Source: Octopus sinensis
Lineage: Eukaryota
Length of the DNA: 64,000 nt
Direction: 5' to 3'
NCBI RefSeq assembly: GCF_006345805.1
Contig: NC_042999.1
Location: 85,870,001 to 85,934,000, forward strand
The position numbers and the translations under genes were made by a program. The notes under the pieces were generated by a model that was given only the letters and a program-made list of their open reading frames with translations, was not told where the DNA came from and did not search any database. Shown here piece after piece: positions 12,648-25,699 of the stretch (position 1 is its first letter; every line of letters begins with the position of its first letter).

Positions 12648-13527
12648 ATTATTATTCTGCCAAAGTTGACTTTGCCTTTCATCTTTTTGGGATTGATAAA
12701 ATAAGTACAAGCTGAACACTGGGGTTAATGTAATCAACTCAAATCAGCCCTCCCTCAAACATGCTGGCCTTGTGCTAAAATATGAAACCATTATTCATCA
12801 TCATCATTTAGCATCCATTGTCCATGCAGGCATGGGTTGGATGGTTTGACCAGGGCTGGCAAGCTGGAAGGCTACAATAGACTCCAGTCTGATTTGGCAT
12901 GGTTTCTACAGCTAACGCCAACCACTCTGAGAGTGTAATGGGTGCTTTTACATGCCACCAGCATGGGTGCCATTTGTGTGATATCAGTATCTGCCATGAC
13001 TGCGACTTTACTTGGTTTGATGGGTCTTCTTCTGAAGCATGACATAATGCCAAAGGTCTTGGTCATTGCCTCAATGGGGCCCAACACTCAAAAGGAGTGT
13101 TTCTTATACCGCCGGCATCAGGTAATTTGCCTCCTTGCCTCTGTGAGGTGGCACAAAAGGTACTTTTTACATGCCATCAGCACAGGTGCTAGTTATATGA
13201 CACCAGCATCAGCCACAACTATGATTTCACTTGACTTGACAGGTTTCCTCAAGTACAGCATATCGCCAAAGGTCTCAGTCATTAGTCACTACCTCTGTGA
13301 GGCCCCAAGTTTGAAGATCATAAGGCAGTGAGTTGGCTGAATTGTTAGAATGTTGGGCAAAACACTTAGCGGTATTTTGTCGGTACTTTGTAAATATAAG
13401 TTTTTCTCAAAAATGCTAAGAGTAAAGCATGTTTTATATGACACATTCTACCAGTGTATGAAGTTTGAAAGTGTTTCGTTACTAAAAATTATTTTTAAAA
13501 TCTGTAGGTCAAAAGGTAAAGATCCCA

Positions 13528-13684
13528 AAAATGTAGTAATATCCAACTAGTTTTCGCTATTTAAATCAGATTTTCAAGGGACATTCTGAAGTAATCATTC
13601 CTAGAGACAAAGGAATGATTACTTCAAAATGTCCTTGAAAAGCTAATTTAAATAGCGAAAACCGGTTGGATATTACTACATTTT
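13528..13684. repeat. Near-perfect 157-bp hairpin (75-bp arms)
   Basis: aaaatgtagtaatatccaac...cattcct-agagaca-aggaatg...gttggatattactacatttt. Confidence 0.9.
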
Positions 13685-13889
13685 ATGAGACATTTATCAT
13701 TCATAATGTATGTATATATATTTTTTCATAAAAAGATATTAAAAGTATGTGAAATGAAGGTATTTCTCTTCCCCTTTTTATATATGTTTTCTACATATTT
13801 TCACTTCATAATTTTGCCAGGTGGTGTATATGGATCTCCAGCATTTTCCCTTCTTTTATATTTCTCATATATATATATATATATATATA

Positions 13890-14472
13890 CGAGCAAAACA
13901 CCCAACCCGTCCAATGAACGGTACTGAGTTGTCAAACATTTAAACCAAAATCGCATCTCCTCAATGACCAACATTCCTGTCACAGGCATGACATCATTGC
14001 ACATGTCTCCCATCTGAAGCTTCAAAAAATGATGGATTTGGTCAGGTACGCCCAGTTGTTTGGAGCAGTTCGTTGTTTCACATACAACATGGAATGGCAG
14101 AAGAGAGGCCTACTGCATGCCCACATCCTTCTGTGGCTAAAGGTCAGGCTTTTTTGGTCTCTTAAATATACTGCAATTTGTGGCATTATTTCAAGCCAGC
14201 CGACTTTTTTTGCGCAAACTGCATGTGCATTTTTCTCACATACAAGTAGTATTGATTGCACAGCTGATGTACTTGCACGTACAAATGCACGTTCCTACAG
14301 CTTTATTGATTGCATTCTTACCTGGAATCGATTTTTGTAATTTTTTCAAGACTTATACATGCCCTGATACCGTCGGTATCTACATATCAAATTTGAGTGC
14401 AATCGGATGGAGGATGCCCAAGATCTTAGAAGACACACACACAGACAGACAGAACAGATTTTATATAATAGA
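13890..14472 (-). mobile_element. Non-autonomous Helitron carrying a Rep (HUH) fragment
   Basis: Minus strand: A|TCTATTATATAAA 5' end, 3' hairpin ccgttcattggacgg, CTCG|T end. Plus strand 13981-14142 encodes HRHDIIA...EWQKRGLLHAHILLWLK (Helitron Rep motif 2). Confidence 0.8.
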
Positions 14473-14656
14473 TAACCCATGCTAGCATGGAAAATGGACG
14501 TTAAATGATGATGATGATGATGATGATGATATGCATGCGTGCGTGCGTACGTACATACATACATGCATACCTGACAGGCTTCTTTCAGCTCCCGTCTACC
14601 AAATTCACTCATGAGGCTTTAGTCAGCCCGAGGCTATTGTAGAAGACACTCTTTAA

Positions 14657-15675
14657 CCCTTTCATTACCAAACCGCCCAAAGCCGCCCGAATTTACCTAT
14701 TCATATTTAAATGAGAATATCAAAGCAAATCTCTTTAGTACATTCGTGAAAACACGTGATTATGCTTCATAAACAGTTCATCTACAGTTTTGTACAACGA
14801 TCAACATGTAATTTTAATTCCCTGATTTTGGGAGATTTTTTTCCACATTTTTTTCGGCATCGATTTTTCTTCAACTTTGAAAATGGATAGGAGTTTTATG
14901 TTATCAAGCATTGATTCCGAATTGGAAAATTTGTGAAGCAAAATACTGGGTACTGTTGTGGATTTAGTTTTTATACAGGGAAACTAATGTTAGTCAGCAT
15001 GGCTTAGGGTATGATGTGGTCTGGAAGTTAATGTTTGAAGCGATCAATGCGGAAACAAACACAAAATGGGGGTTCAAATTTCAGAAAATTTGTGAAGCAA
15101 ATACTGGGTACTGCGTGGATTTAGTTTTTATACAGGGAAAATAATGTTAGTCAGCATGGCCTAGGGAACGATGTGGTCTGGAATTTATCACTTCCATACC
15201 ATAACCAGGGCCGTATATTATTTTTTGACCGATTTCTTTAGTTCGGTCAAACTTACGGTGGATTCCAGTATTTCACTTTATTCCACCTTTATGGTACATC
15301 TGTTGTGCATTAAATTCAACTGATGATATAGTGATGTGCACAATTCTTCTTAATCAAAATTTTGTTGCATACCCATTTGAATATTAGCTGATGATTCATT
15401 TTCTATGGTGATGTTTAAACAAAATTTTAATATTTTTACCTTTTGCTCAATTTACCTGGATTTACTTGTAATTAAAGTCACTTTGAGACAAAAGTTATGC
15501 AATAGAATTGATTAAGAACCCTTTCTTTAATTATGTTCCAAATATCACATTAATATGCTGATAAGTAAAAAAGTTACAGTTATTTAATGAAACAAGCCTA
15601 GATTCATGATTATTTTAGAATTTAATTGAAACTCATGAGGGGTGTATTTTGGTCAGAAATATAGTAACGAAAGGG
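14657..15675. mobile_element. piggyBac-type non-autonomous element
   Basis: TTAA TSDs and CCCTTTC...GAAAGGG termini. Internal ~100-bp direct duplication (~14925-15025 and ~15083-15183). Ends are related to 3211-3432. Confidence 0.85.
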
Positions 15676-16779
15676 TTAAAGTATAGAGCTGAATTCTGTG
15701 TAGCCACCCGTAAGCAACTTTTCTCCCCCACCCATTTTGTAGCGGGTATTACCCATTTTCTGTGCTCTTTTCACAGCTATACCTCATTTGTAATTTGCAT
15801 AATTTTTGTATGAAAAAAAAAAGAAAGGGAGGGGTCTTGTTTGTAGTTTGTAGAGAAAACGTTAAACATGCCTGAAAAAAAATCATGGTCCCCCCCCCCC
15901 CAACTAAAAGATATGAAGAACTATGAAAGAAGGTGAATAAGTACCAGATATGGAGGGAAAGAAGAGAGCACTAACAGTCAGTCCTTCTAGAACTCCCAGA
16001 ATAAAAACGTAAACACCTGAAAGACTTTCCTCTATTCATTACTAAATGTCTTCCCTTTACTTCATTGTTAAAAGTAAAGAAGCTAGAAAAGATCAATGGT
16101 ATTTGAGTCTAATTGTCGTTGTAAATAACTAATGCTTTCCTTTCTCTATCTCTATCACTTCACTCCTTTTCTCTACAATTGAGTTAATTTTATCCTTGTG
16201 TGGTAATGAAAAGTGAAAGTGACATCCAGTATACGCTGTAGTTATTTGTCTTTAATTTAACAATGTGTCTGTGTATCTATGTATCAGGTTTCTTTTGATC
16301 TATGCATCTACTGTCTCTCTCAATTTATCTCTCATTTCTTCTGAGTCCCTCCTCTCTCCTGCTTTTAATTTAACAATGTGTGTATGTATCTATGTATCAA
16401 CTTTTCTTTTGATCTATGTATCTACTTTTCTTGTGATGTGATAAATATTTAAAAACAGGACACGAATGCCATCACCACTCACTGTCTCTTTCACTCTCTC
16501 TTTCTCTCTTACTTCCTCTCTAAAGCATTTAAAACACAAAACGAATGACATCACCACTCACTGTCTCTTTCTTTCTTACTTCCTCTCTGTCCTCATCTCT
16601 CTCACTTCTTCCTTTGAAGTAAGTGTGACAAATACCACAGGTATGTACAAAAAGAACAAGTTAGTGTATTAATATTATTAATTTAAGAAAACAGCTAGTA
16701 AAATTATGCATTCGATTAAAAATTAAAAGAAACCTTTTCCATAAAAAAAAAGTATTTTAAACATTTTCATTTGACTTAC

Positions 16780-17030
16780 CCTAAATATTCATCAGTCCAA
16801 ATATTCAACATCGGAAAATTGATGTCAGTAAGAACATTTTTCATTAATAATGGTAATTCAGGTTTAACAAAGTCATTATAAAATTCTGTTGTACTTGGAA
16901 TGTAGGAAATATATTCCATCTGCTGTCCATTTTCAGAATGCTTTCCAAGTGGGAGCAGTTCTTCAGCCGAAGAAAATGCAAACAAGATTAACAAAAGAGA
17001 CATCAGGTGATGCAGTTTCAATCCAGCCAT
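16780..17030 (-). CDS. JmjC/cupin-8 oxygenase, first coding exon with signal peptide
   Basis: MAGLKLHHLMSLLLILFAFSSA|EELLPLGKH...PSTTEFYNDFVKPELPLLMK...WTDEYL, then donor GG|gtaagt. Acceptor ttcattag| puts the exon start at 17067. Confidence 0.88.
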
Positions 17031-17294
17031 ATTTATTTATTTCATACAGCTGCCATCATATTCGGTTCTAATGAAAATACAAAGAAAAGAAAATGAGATT
17101 TCATAAATTTTAATACAATCTTCGCATAGATAATTCTGTGCATTACATATCAATATACAGAAATATAGTAAACATGATATTTCCAACATAATAAAAGTGC
17201 AGTTTATAGGCCAGATATATATATATTTTCTAAATTCAACTTGAGTATTTTGATAACCACAAAACAATGCAAAGTTCTGCAAAACATGTTGTAA

Positions 17295-17620
17295 GCATGT
17301 CTCTGTGGTAAGAAACCTGCATCCCAATTATGTGGTTTTGGGTTCAGTCCCACTGCATGACACCTTGAGCAAGTGTCTTCTACTATAGTCCTGGGCTGAC
17401 CAAGACCTTGTAAATGGATTTGGTTGATGGAAACTCATATGGTGTATGTGTGTGTATGTATGTTTGTGAGTTTGTCCTCCATGACCATTTGACAACCAGT
17501 GTTGGTTTGTTTACAGTCTTGTAAACAATCTGATAAAATAAGTACTGGGATTGATTGATTTGTACAACTAAATCCTTCAAGGCAGTGCTCCATCATGGCT
17601 GTAGTCCAATGCCTGAAAAA
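17295..17620 (+). mobile_element. tRNA-derived SINE (abundant family; further copies near 661, 14560, 40280-41185, 42060, 45600, 46430, 54480, 54780)
   Basis: B box ggttcagtccc followed by the conserved ccttgggcaagtgtcttctactatag body. Confidence 0.8.
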
Positions 17621-18604
17621 AATTTGTGTCTATTAAAACTTTTGAATTAAGAATTTTCCTTGTACATTTAGTCTTAATATGCAGAGGACTCGAGTTTATG
17701 ACAGTTACTATGGGAATCCACCTCACATATCTTCAATATAGCCAACAGATTTTTTTTTTAATTATAAGCACAAGCTAAGATGTAAAAGAGATTCCTGGTG
17801 TTGACATGAACTACTCAAAAAAAAAACCCCTCTCACTTCTCACAAAATTCAACACCTAAATATGAATTAGCATTGTTGTCATTACAATGCTCACTTTTCT
17901 ATGCTTGCATAGGTCAAATGAGACTTGATGAGGCAGGTTTTCTACAGCTATGTCTTCTTTTTGTTGCCAAGCAAAGCAATACTTCCTGTTTCCATGCAAA
18001 ATAATAATTCCCCATGTCCTTCAAAGAATGTACTCAGCAGTCAGCCATCTTTGCATGAAGATTGAAAACAAATGACACCATTTGTATGAATGGTGGCTTT
18101 ATTTATAATCAGTGTGGAAATGTCTAGATGAGTACACACACACACAAACACACAAATGATGAGTTTCCATCAACTAAATTGACTCAAAAGGCACTGGTTG
18201 ACCTTGATCTTGAAATATAGTAGAATATACTTGGCCCAGAATAAGCACAGTGAGACTAAACCAGAAACTATGTGCTTGTGGAACAAATTTCCTAACAAAC
18301 TTGCACTTATGAGGTTCTAAGCTGTTGGAGATGCAAAACTAAATATTTTGCATCTACAATAGCTTAAAACTATTGTGCAGTTGTTTTACTATCAACATTT
18401 CTAACATCCCTTGAAGTAAAATACATTTCTGTCTTTTTAGTGGCCAATATATATTTTACAAAACAAGCTCAGCTGGAGATCTCTGAGTCAACTGATAATT
18501 TCTGTTAACACTATTTTATTTCAATTCATAGTGCTACATAGTTAATATTTTACATCAGCTACTTGTTATAAATTAGTCATATCTAAGCTTTGAAGCTAGA
18601 TATA

Positions 18605-19885
18605 TCAGATCATCCCATAAGTTCTGTCCGAATTTTGAATAAAGAAAACAAGTGATCAAATGTTATATTTAATTGAAATTTAATCATCAATGTACTTTCC
18701 CTGATTATCTATGACTTCCTTCCATCTATTTACAAGCTTTTTAATCCCATTAATGTAAAACTCTTTTGGTTTCAAAGTGAAGAACTCTGAAATGTCAGTT
18801 TCGACATCCTGGCTTGCGAAAGTTATGTCCTCCAAATAATTCTGTAAACTACAAAACAAATGGTAGTCTGAAGGAGCAAGGTCGGGAGAATAAGGTGGAT
18901 AAGGAATTTTTTTCAACCAAGCTCTTCAATCTTCTGTGATGTGATCTTTGCAGTGTGGGGTCACGCATTGTCCTGATGAAACATCACTCCTTTTTGATTC
19001 ATTAAAGCAGGTCTTTTTTTCTTCAAAGCTTGGTTCAAACACTCTAATTGCTGACAGTAAACTTGAGCATTGATTGTTGCATTAGCTAGTAACAATTCAA
19101 AGTGAATTACTTCTTTGCAATCCCACCAGATAGAGAGAAGAACCTTTTTCCCATGAAGTTCCCGTCTCGGTTGTGGTTGAGCTTTTCCCCTTTTACCAAG
19201 CCACTGTTTACGACATTTAACATTTCAATAGAAGATCCATTTTTCATCACCAGTCACAAGTCTATCCAAAAAGGGTGAATTAAGTTTGTGAGAAAGGAGA
19301 GAAGAGCAGATGTCAACTCGGGATTTGTGGTTGCTTTCAGACAATCCATGAGGCATCCATTTTCCAAGTTTGGGAACCTTTCCAAGTTGTTGAAGATGAT
19401 GATGAACAGTTGTATGGTTTGAACTAAGCTTTATTGCCAATTCTTCAACTGATAATGCAGGATTTTCTTTAAGTAATGCCCCAGGGAGCTTATCAAACTG
19501 AACTGGACGTCCTGTTTGATCTTCATCTTCAAGGCTGAAATTTCCACTTCTGAATTTTGCAAACTATCTTCTGCAAGTTCTTTCATTCAAGCATTATTTC
19601 CCATAAACTGAATGTATATTTCGAGTTGCTTTGGCTGCAGAGTTTCCTTTTTTGTACTCATAAAGCATTATGTGCCTCAAATGCTCTTTGGATACTTCCA
19701 TATTAGAAAAGGTTTTAATCAATGAAATTTTAATTCTATTATTCTGTAAAATAATATTTAATTAGTTTAAATGTACACAAATGCATAAAAATAGTTTTTA
19801 ATTCCATTAGACTTTCTAAAATACTATTAAATGTCATTCAATTTTAAAAAAGGTAAAATTGGACAGAACTTATGGGATGACCTGA
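18605..19885 (-). mobile_element. Full-length mariner (DD34D), decayed transposase
   Basis: TA TSD and TIR tcag(a/g)tcatcccataagttctgtcc. Broken ORF 19701-18680 with WMPHGL, VTGDEKW, HQDNA and YSPDLAPSDY. Confidence 0.95.
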
Positions 19886-21337
19886 TAATACTAATTTAAC
19901 TGATGTGATGTTCCCTAGTATTAAAACATCAATATCAGTAAAGTATCCCATTCAATAATAGTATAGATTTCCCAGAAAGTTAATCATTTCTCAGAACCAG
20001 TTCATTCAATTTTTCCAGCTACTTCCTGTCCACTTATTACATATTCAAGAAAAATAAAATTAATCTTTTTAAAATGGGAGGGACTTGTTGCATTTCAAAA
20101 GCTTTCAACCCAATTCTCATGCCCTATTCATGAGCTATTTCAAAGCCCTATTTTCAAACAACATTTCATGCTGGACTAATTATATTTTCATCCATACCAA
20201 CTAACTTATTTCTTGAAGTTGTTTTCTAAGAGAAGATCAAAAGCAGTCAATATCAATCTACCTTGTAAATTTTAACTTCAGTAAAAAAAGGATAGTCTTG
20301 AAATTAGCTCTAACTTAATCAGTTTCTTAGAAATAAATCTTTTTAGTGGTGTACCATGGGTACTTAAAGTGGGATGGATTTTAAAATCAGGTAAACTTAT
20401 ATGTATGACTTGTTTTATAAAATTTATTCTGAAATAAACATCATCATCAACATTTTGCAGATACCTTTCATGACATTAACCCTCATCTGTTTCCAAGCAA
20501 GATAAGAATCTCCTGGTCTACTGAACAATGAACAGCCCAAACATGGTTACATGGAGAGCTGGAAACAAATGACACTGTTTCATTGTTTCTTTTATTCACA
20601 AAGATTGCAGAACATGTCAAAAAGCCCTGATATGCAAACTGTCTGTATGAATAGTCAGGCTTATATTTACAATCTGCAAATATGTGGAGACATGAGGGAA
20701 ATATGAACTCACTCTCACATAAAGTCATACACACACACATATATATATATATAATAAGCCCATTATATATCTACTGTGTTTTTGTATTTGGTTTGCGGGA
20801 TGTGAATTCATGTACTGAAACAAATCTTGTTTTGTCTTGGGAGGGTCATTATGCCAATAATAATAAACACATGCACTGGTTTAATATCACTTCTTTATTA
20901 GTTAGTCAATCAGTTAAATATCCAATCAACTATCTAATTGATCATTTGCTTGACCAATCAATCAATCTGCCTTGAGACTCAAGGCAGACCTTGAAGACAG
21001 AGAGAGCATGTCATTGATGAGATTGCAAATAGCGACCAAAGGACTTTCACAAACAAACAACTGACTGATTGATTAACCAATTCATCCCCGTGTTCGATTC
21101 AGGTAATGTGATGTTGGGAAGCCACAAAAATGGCAAAATATCGGCATCCATCACACCAGAATTTGATTGGAGGTGAGTTATCTCACCTGTCTAGACTTTC
21201 AGGTGTTTTAGCACCCAGCATAAAGAAGGAGTCTTCCCCTAGGTGCTATACTGTAGCAAACAAACTAAATGTATACATTGAGTATGTGTGGTCAATAATA
21301 TATATATATATGGATCAAAACAGTTTGATTCAAGTTC

Positions 21338-21381
21338 ATTGGTACTCCAAGTTTCAAGCGTGATGCTAATCTTCAGCCATT
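21338..21381 (-). ncRNA. Minimal hammerhead ribozyme (CUGAAGA core) inside a 47-bp-arm inverted repeat (21312-21437)
   Basis: Minus strand aatgg-CTGAAGA-ttagc-atcac-gctt-GAAAC-ttgga-GTA^-ccaat. Confidence 0.65.
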
Positions 21382-22043
21382 CAAGTTCATTCTTGAAACT
21401 CGGAGTACCAATGAATTGAATCAACCTGTTTTGACCCAAACATGTAACTCCCAATAAATTTGTTGAGTGCCCTTCTTTTGTCCACTCACTTGTGCATTTA
21501 TATATATATATATTTTATATATACACACACATTAAATCAAGAAACTGCTACACAATTTAATGTCTACTTTTCCATACTCACATTGGTCAGATGGTATTTC
21601 TCGAGGCAGATTTTCTGAGGCCTGATACTATTGCCAATAATTATGTTTCCAAACATCAAAATATTTTTTTCTGGCCAATATGATGCTCATCTATAATCAT
21701 CTTTTGATTTCAAGACATAAGTATGGACAGGCATACACACATATTGAGCCTTCTTTCAGTTTTTATCAACCACATCCACTCACATTGCTATGCAGTGGGA
21801 TTGACACTGAGACCACACAGTTGGGAAGCAAGCTTCTTAGCCACATCATCACCTCACATGCTTGAGGTGAATTTTCTTTCTACAAAGAAAATTTCAATTT
21901 TTCCCATTCTTGATTTTTGAGTTTGAAACCTAACCTTTTTACACCTCATGGCAATTGGATAACATTACATTTTGGATGAATTCTATAAATTAGTTTGCTT
22001 AGTCCTGCTATATATCACAATGCCACTATATCACTAAAGATAA

Positions 22044-22274
22044 GGCGGCGAGCTGGCAGAATCGTTAGCATGCCGGGCAAAATGCATAGCCATATTTCGT
22101 CTGCCAATACGTTCTGAGTTCAAATTCCGCCGAGGTCGACTTTGCCTTTCATCCTTTCGGGGTCGATAAATTAAGTACCAGTTACACACTGGAGTCGATG
22201 TAATCAACTTAATCCGTTTGTCTGTCCTTGTTTGTCCCCTCTGTGTTTAGCCCCTTGTGGGTAGTAAAGAAATA
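22044..22274 (+). mobile_element. Young tRNA-derived SINE with Meta-type core (further copies near 11480, 11705, 11945, 31437, 39430, 55640-56240)
   Basis: B box gagttcaaattcc, core gcctttcatcctttcggggtcgataaattaagtacc, 14-bp TSD tatatcactaaaga. Confidence 0.9.
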
Positions 22275-23668
22275 TATATCACTAAAGACTAATGTTTCCA
22301 TGTAATGATTTCAAGAGGGATACATAAAACTGCTCTCTTGTCCTCTGACTCATAATTCAGAGAACAAAACAAATGAAAGATGTTTTGCAAAGGTATGATT
22401 CACTTATCACTTACTGGTAAACTCTATCTATGCATAACACAAACCAATAAGGATGTTTTTTATGTGTTTGTTTGACCAGTCTGAAATTGCAGTAAAATTC
22501 TCAGAAATCACACTCTACCAACATGGATAAAATAGTCTGGGGTTGAACAACAACCGATTTACAGTTAAGCAAAATGAATCTAACAAGAATATTCTTGACT
22601 ATAGACACAGACAGTGCAGGGGTGGTGAAAAGATGTGAATAATTAACATGACCAGTAAAACAATATTTTATCAACTTGACCAACTGCAACTGTACATTAT
22701 GTAGCTAAGTTCATTAAGATAAAAACTTGCTTTAGAAAAATTAACTACTTAACACTTATTTTTTTAACAGATTAGTCATAGGAGGAAGGCAGCATCTATG
22801 ATCCTTTCCAAGGTTTTCATGATTGGTGGATAGAAGTTATCTTTAGATTGGGAATCTAGCCACTAATGGCTCCTAAATGGCAGCCAGTGGTATTTTTATG
22901 TTAAAAACAAGTAGGTACAGCTTGGTTTATCATCATCATCGTCATCATCAGCATGATTTAAAGTCCACCTTCCATGCTGGCATGGGCTGGATGGTTTGAC
23001 TGGATCCAGTGATCTACAGGGCTGCATAGTTCTCCATGTCAGCTTTGGCATGGTTTCTACAGCTGGATGCTCTTCATAATGCCAACCCAGTGAGTACAGG
23101 GTGCTTTTTTTGTGCTACCAGCACTAGTGGGATTGACAAGTAACTTGCAAGATGGAAAAGCACAAGAAAAAGAGAAGAGGGAAAAGGCCCCTCCCGATTA
23201 ATTGGTGATGGCCAAGGGTATTTTAGAAAGAGGAGAGATGATTCTTTTTATGTCAGGGGCAAGCAGGCGTCTTGCTATACAGAAGATACAGAGCAACCCC
23301 ACATTATATAAGGATAGATGAAAGTATCAGGGACAAAATTAAGCTGGTAGTCATGGGGTGCTAAAACAAAGACTTTGTCATTGTTGTAAATTACAAATAG
23401 GTTATTTAATTGCAAATTAAATAAATTAATTTACTTAATTTTTACATAATGGCTTTGTAGATGTGCAGCATAAACTTAGTGGATAATGAATATATGCTGA
23501 TGATTTATAGTGTTTTGATAGCATAAGAGTTTAATACCTAAACCAACAAATAAACACTAGAGACCTGTGACTAGATAACTCATTCATATCAGTGACTTGC
23601 AGTAGGACTTCTGTTACTGGATATACATGTGGAAATTCACAAATATCCATAAAGAAACAATTTTTAAT

Positions 23669-23853
23669 ATGAGATGGATTGAACAGACTCACTCTGGTCA
23701 CCTGAGTATGTGCATGTATACAGCTATTATTGAATCACAATAATACAATATTACATATAATTTATGTAACATTCAACAATTAACAGCTGATAATAATGCA
23801 TTGAAACTATTGTAGCAATTTTTAATGAAGCCTGTTCAATCCATCTTCTCATT
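23669..23853. mobile_element. Small MITE-like repeat
   Basis: Terminal inverted repeats agatggattgaacag/ctgttcaatccatct. An inverted second copy lies at ~46020-46170. Confidence 0.55.
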
Positions 23854-25699
23854 AATATATATATATATAAAGATGGATGAATAGAAGGAGAAATAGTGAA
23901 AAATATATAACAGCCAACAATATATGTATATTATTTAAGGAGTAGACAATTCAGGATCACATAGCCTATAAAATTCTAACTCAATAGTGTTTCAACTCAT
24001 TCTAATATACACTACATATTGTTCCTTGTGTAATTTCATGTATAAACTGATGACCTCTCATATGTAGTTGAAAAATCTTACCACTGGGTTGAAAATTTTA
24101 TTTATGGCTTCTTTAGTTGTTAGTAATCCTGCCCTCATGGATAATGTCTGTCTATATTTTTCATATTCAAATTCATCTATAGTATTTATTGTAAAATTTG
24201 TCAAATATTTTCTTAATCATTTTAAACAGGACCAGAAAGTAAACCAATAGCCATAAATTTAAATCTTTACTTCTTTATTAGCCTATGTATATATCTGACA
24301 GTCCAGTTCTTCCTTTTTTTTTCTATAAAAAAGGACATAATTCTGCTAATCTAATTCATTCTTATGACTAACCTCAAGCACCTATTCCTGAAATATTACA
24401 AGTAATCTCTTCTAGTCTTGACCTTTTCATTTACTATTTTATACACTCCTTTGGATACAGTACTGAGGTCTTAATTCTTCACCATCAGGATTTCTTTGCG
24501 GCACGCGTGTATCTCAATTTACAAATTCCAGGAGCTTAAAATAAAGATCAGCTAACTTGATCTTTCTTTCGTTAGAAAGATGTTTCAAAAGTGATTCTGG
24601 GGGAGGTTAAATGGTAATTGACTTAGAATGGATCTACGTCACGTAATTTTAAAGGAAAGAATGTTAAATACGGATGATTTGTCTGGTGTTGATGTAATAT
24701 AACTGAATCAAAATAATGTGTTTTGTTGGTTTTTAATATAATATTTAATAATGGGGTATGTTATGCAAAATAAAAAGCTTTGAAATTTTTTTTAATCGAA
24801 AATATTAGAGCTCCAGTTACTATTTTTATTTAATCTTTGTAATTTTTACGACACTATTTCGATTTTTAAATTAGAAATGAATCTTTTCTTCACTAGCAGA
24901 TGGTTAACAAAATTTACCAATTATTCTAAGACTATATTCGAAATGAATTACATTATCAACGTAAAAAATTGTGATTAACTTCAAAAACTGTTATTTATTT
25001 TAAGTGGTTAGCTATTAATAGTAATATTTCATAGTAAATCGCAATTACTAGAAAATGAATGCAAATTCTTACGTTAATATTTGTAATGCAACCCCGAGGA
25101 TCCTAACAGTTGAAATTGACCTATTATCAATCAAAGTATAGTTATCATTCTAATGTTTTGGTAACTAACATACATTTTTTTGCTTTAATTTCAAACATCC
25201 CTGTCCAACTAAACTTCAGTAAAACAATTAGTGCATTAATCGTACATTGATAATATCAAAGACAATATGTTGATAAACTGTTTGCTTTTTAAACGACCAG
25301 TAAAATGTCGAAATCACCTGGTACCTAATGACATAATCACTCCCCTCCATAAATAAAAATGCTTAGTTTAGGTGAGCGTAAGAACCACACTGAAATGTAG
25401 CAATAATTTGATTCTTTATTAATTTGGGCAGATGTTTACACTGGATTAACCGTGCTGGTTAAAGTTAGCAGTGTGGAGTTACCGCTCTCTTCTTCAATGT
25501 TTATCTTCTCACCATCACACACTATCGTCACCTTTCATACTCCAAAATGCACTTAACTCGTTTAGCATGCTATTCCCAAATTAAACTCATTCATGATTAT
25601 TTTAATACCACACCGAAAATGGAAAAAAAAAAAGAAATAAAAACCCCATTTAGAAAGGCACGTTTTATCTGCAGATATATATATATGTATATATAAAAT

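Noticed and set aside
23950-24075. CTGATGA...GAAA near 24047
   Set aside because: No convincing stems I and II could be formed.
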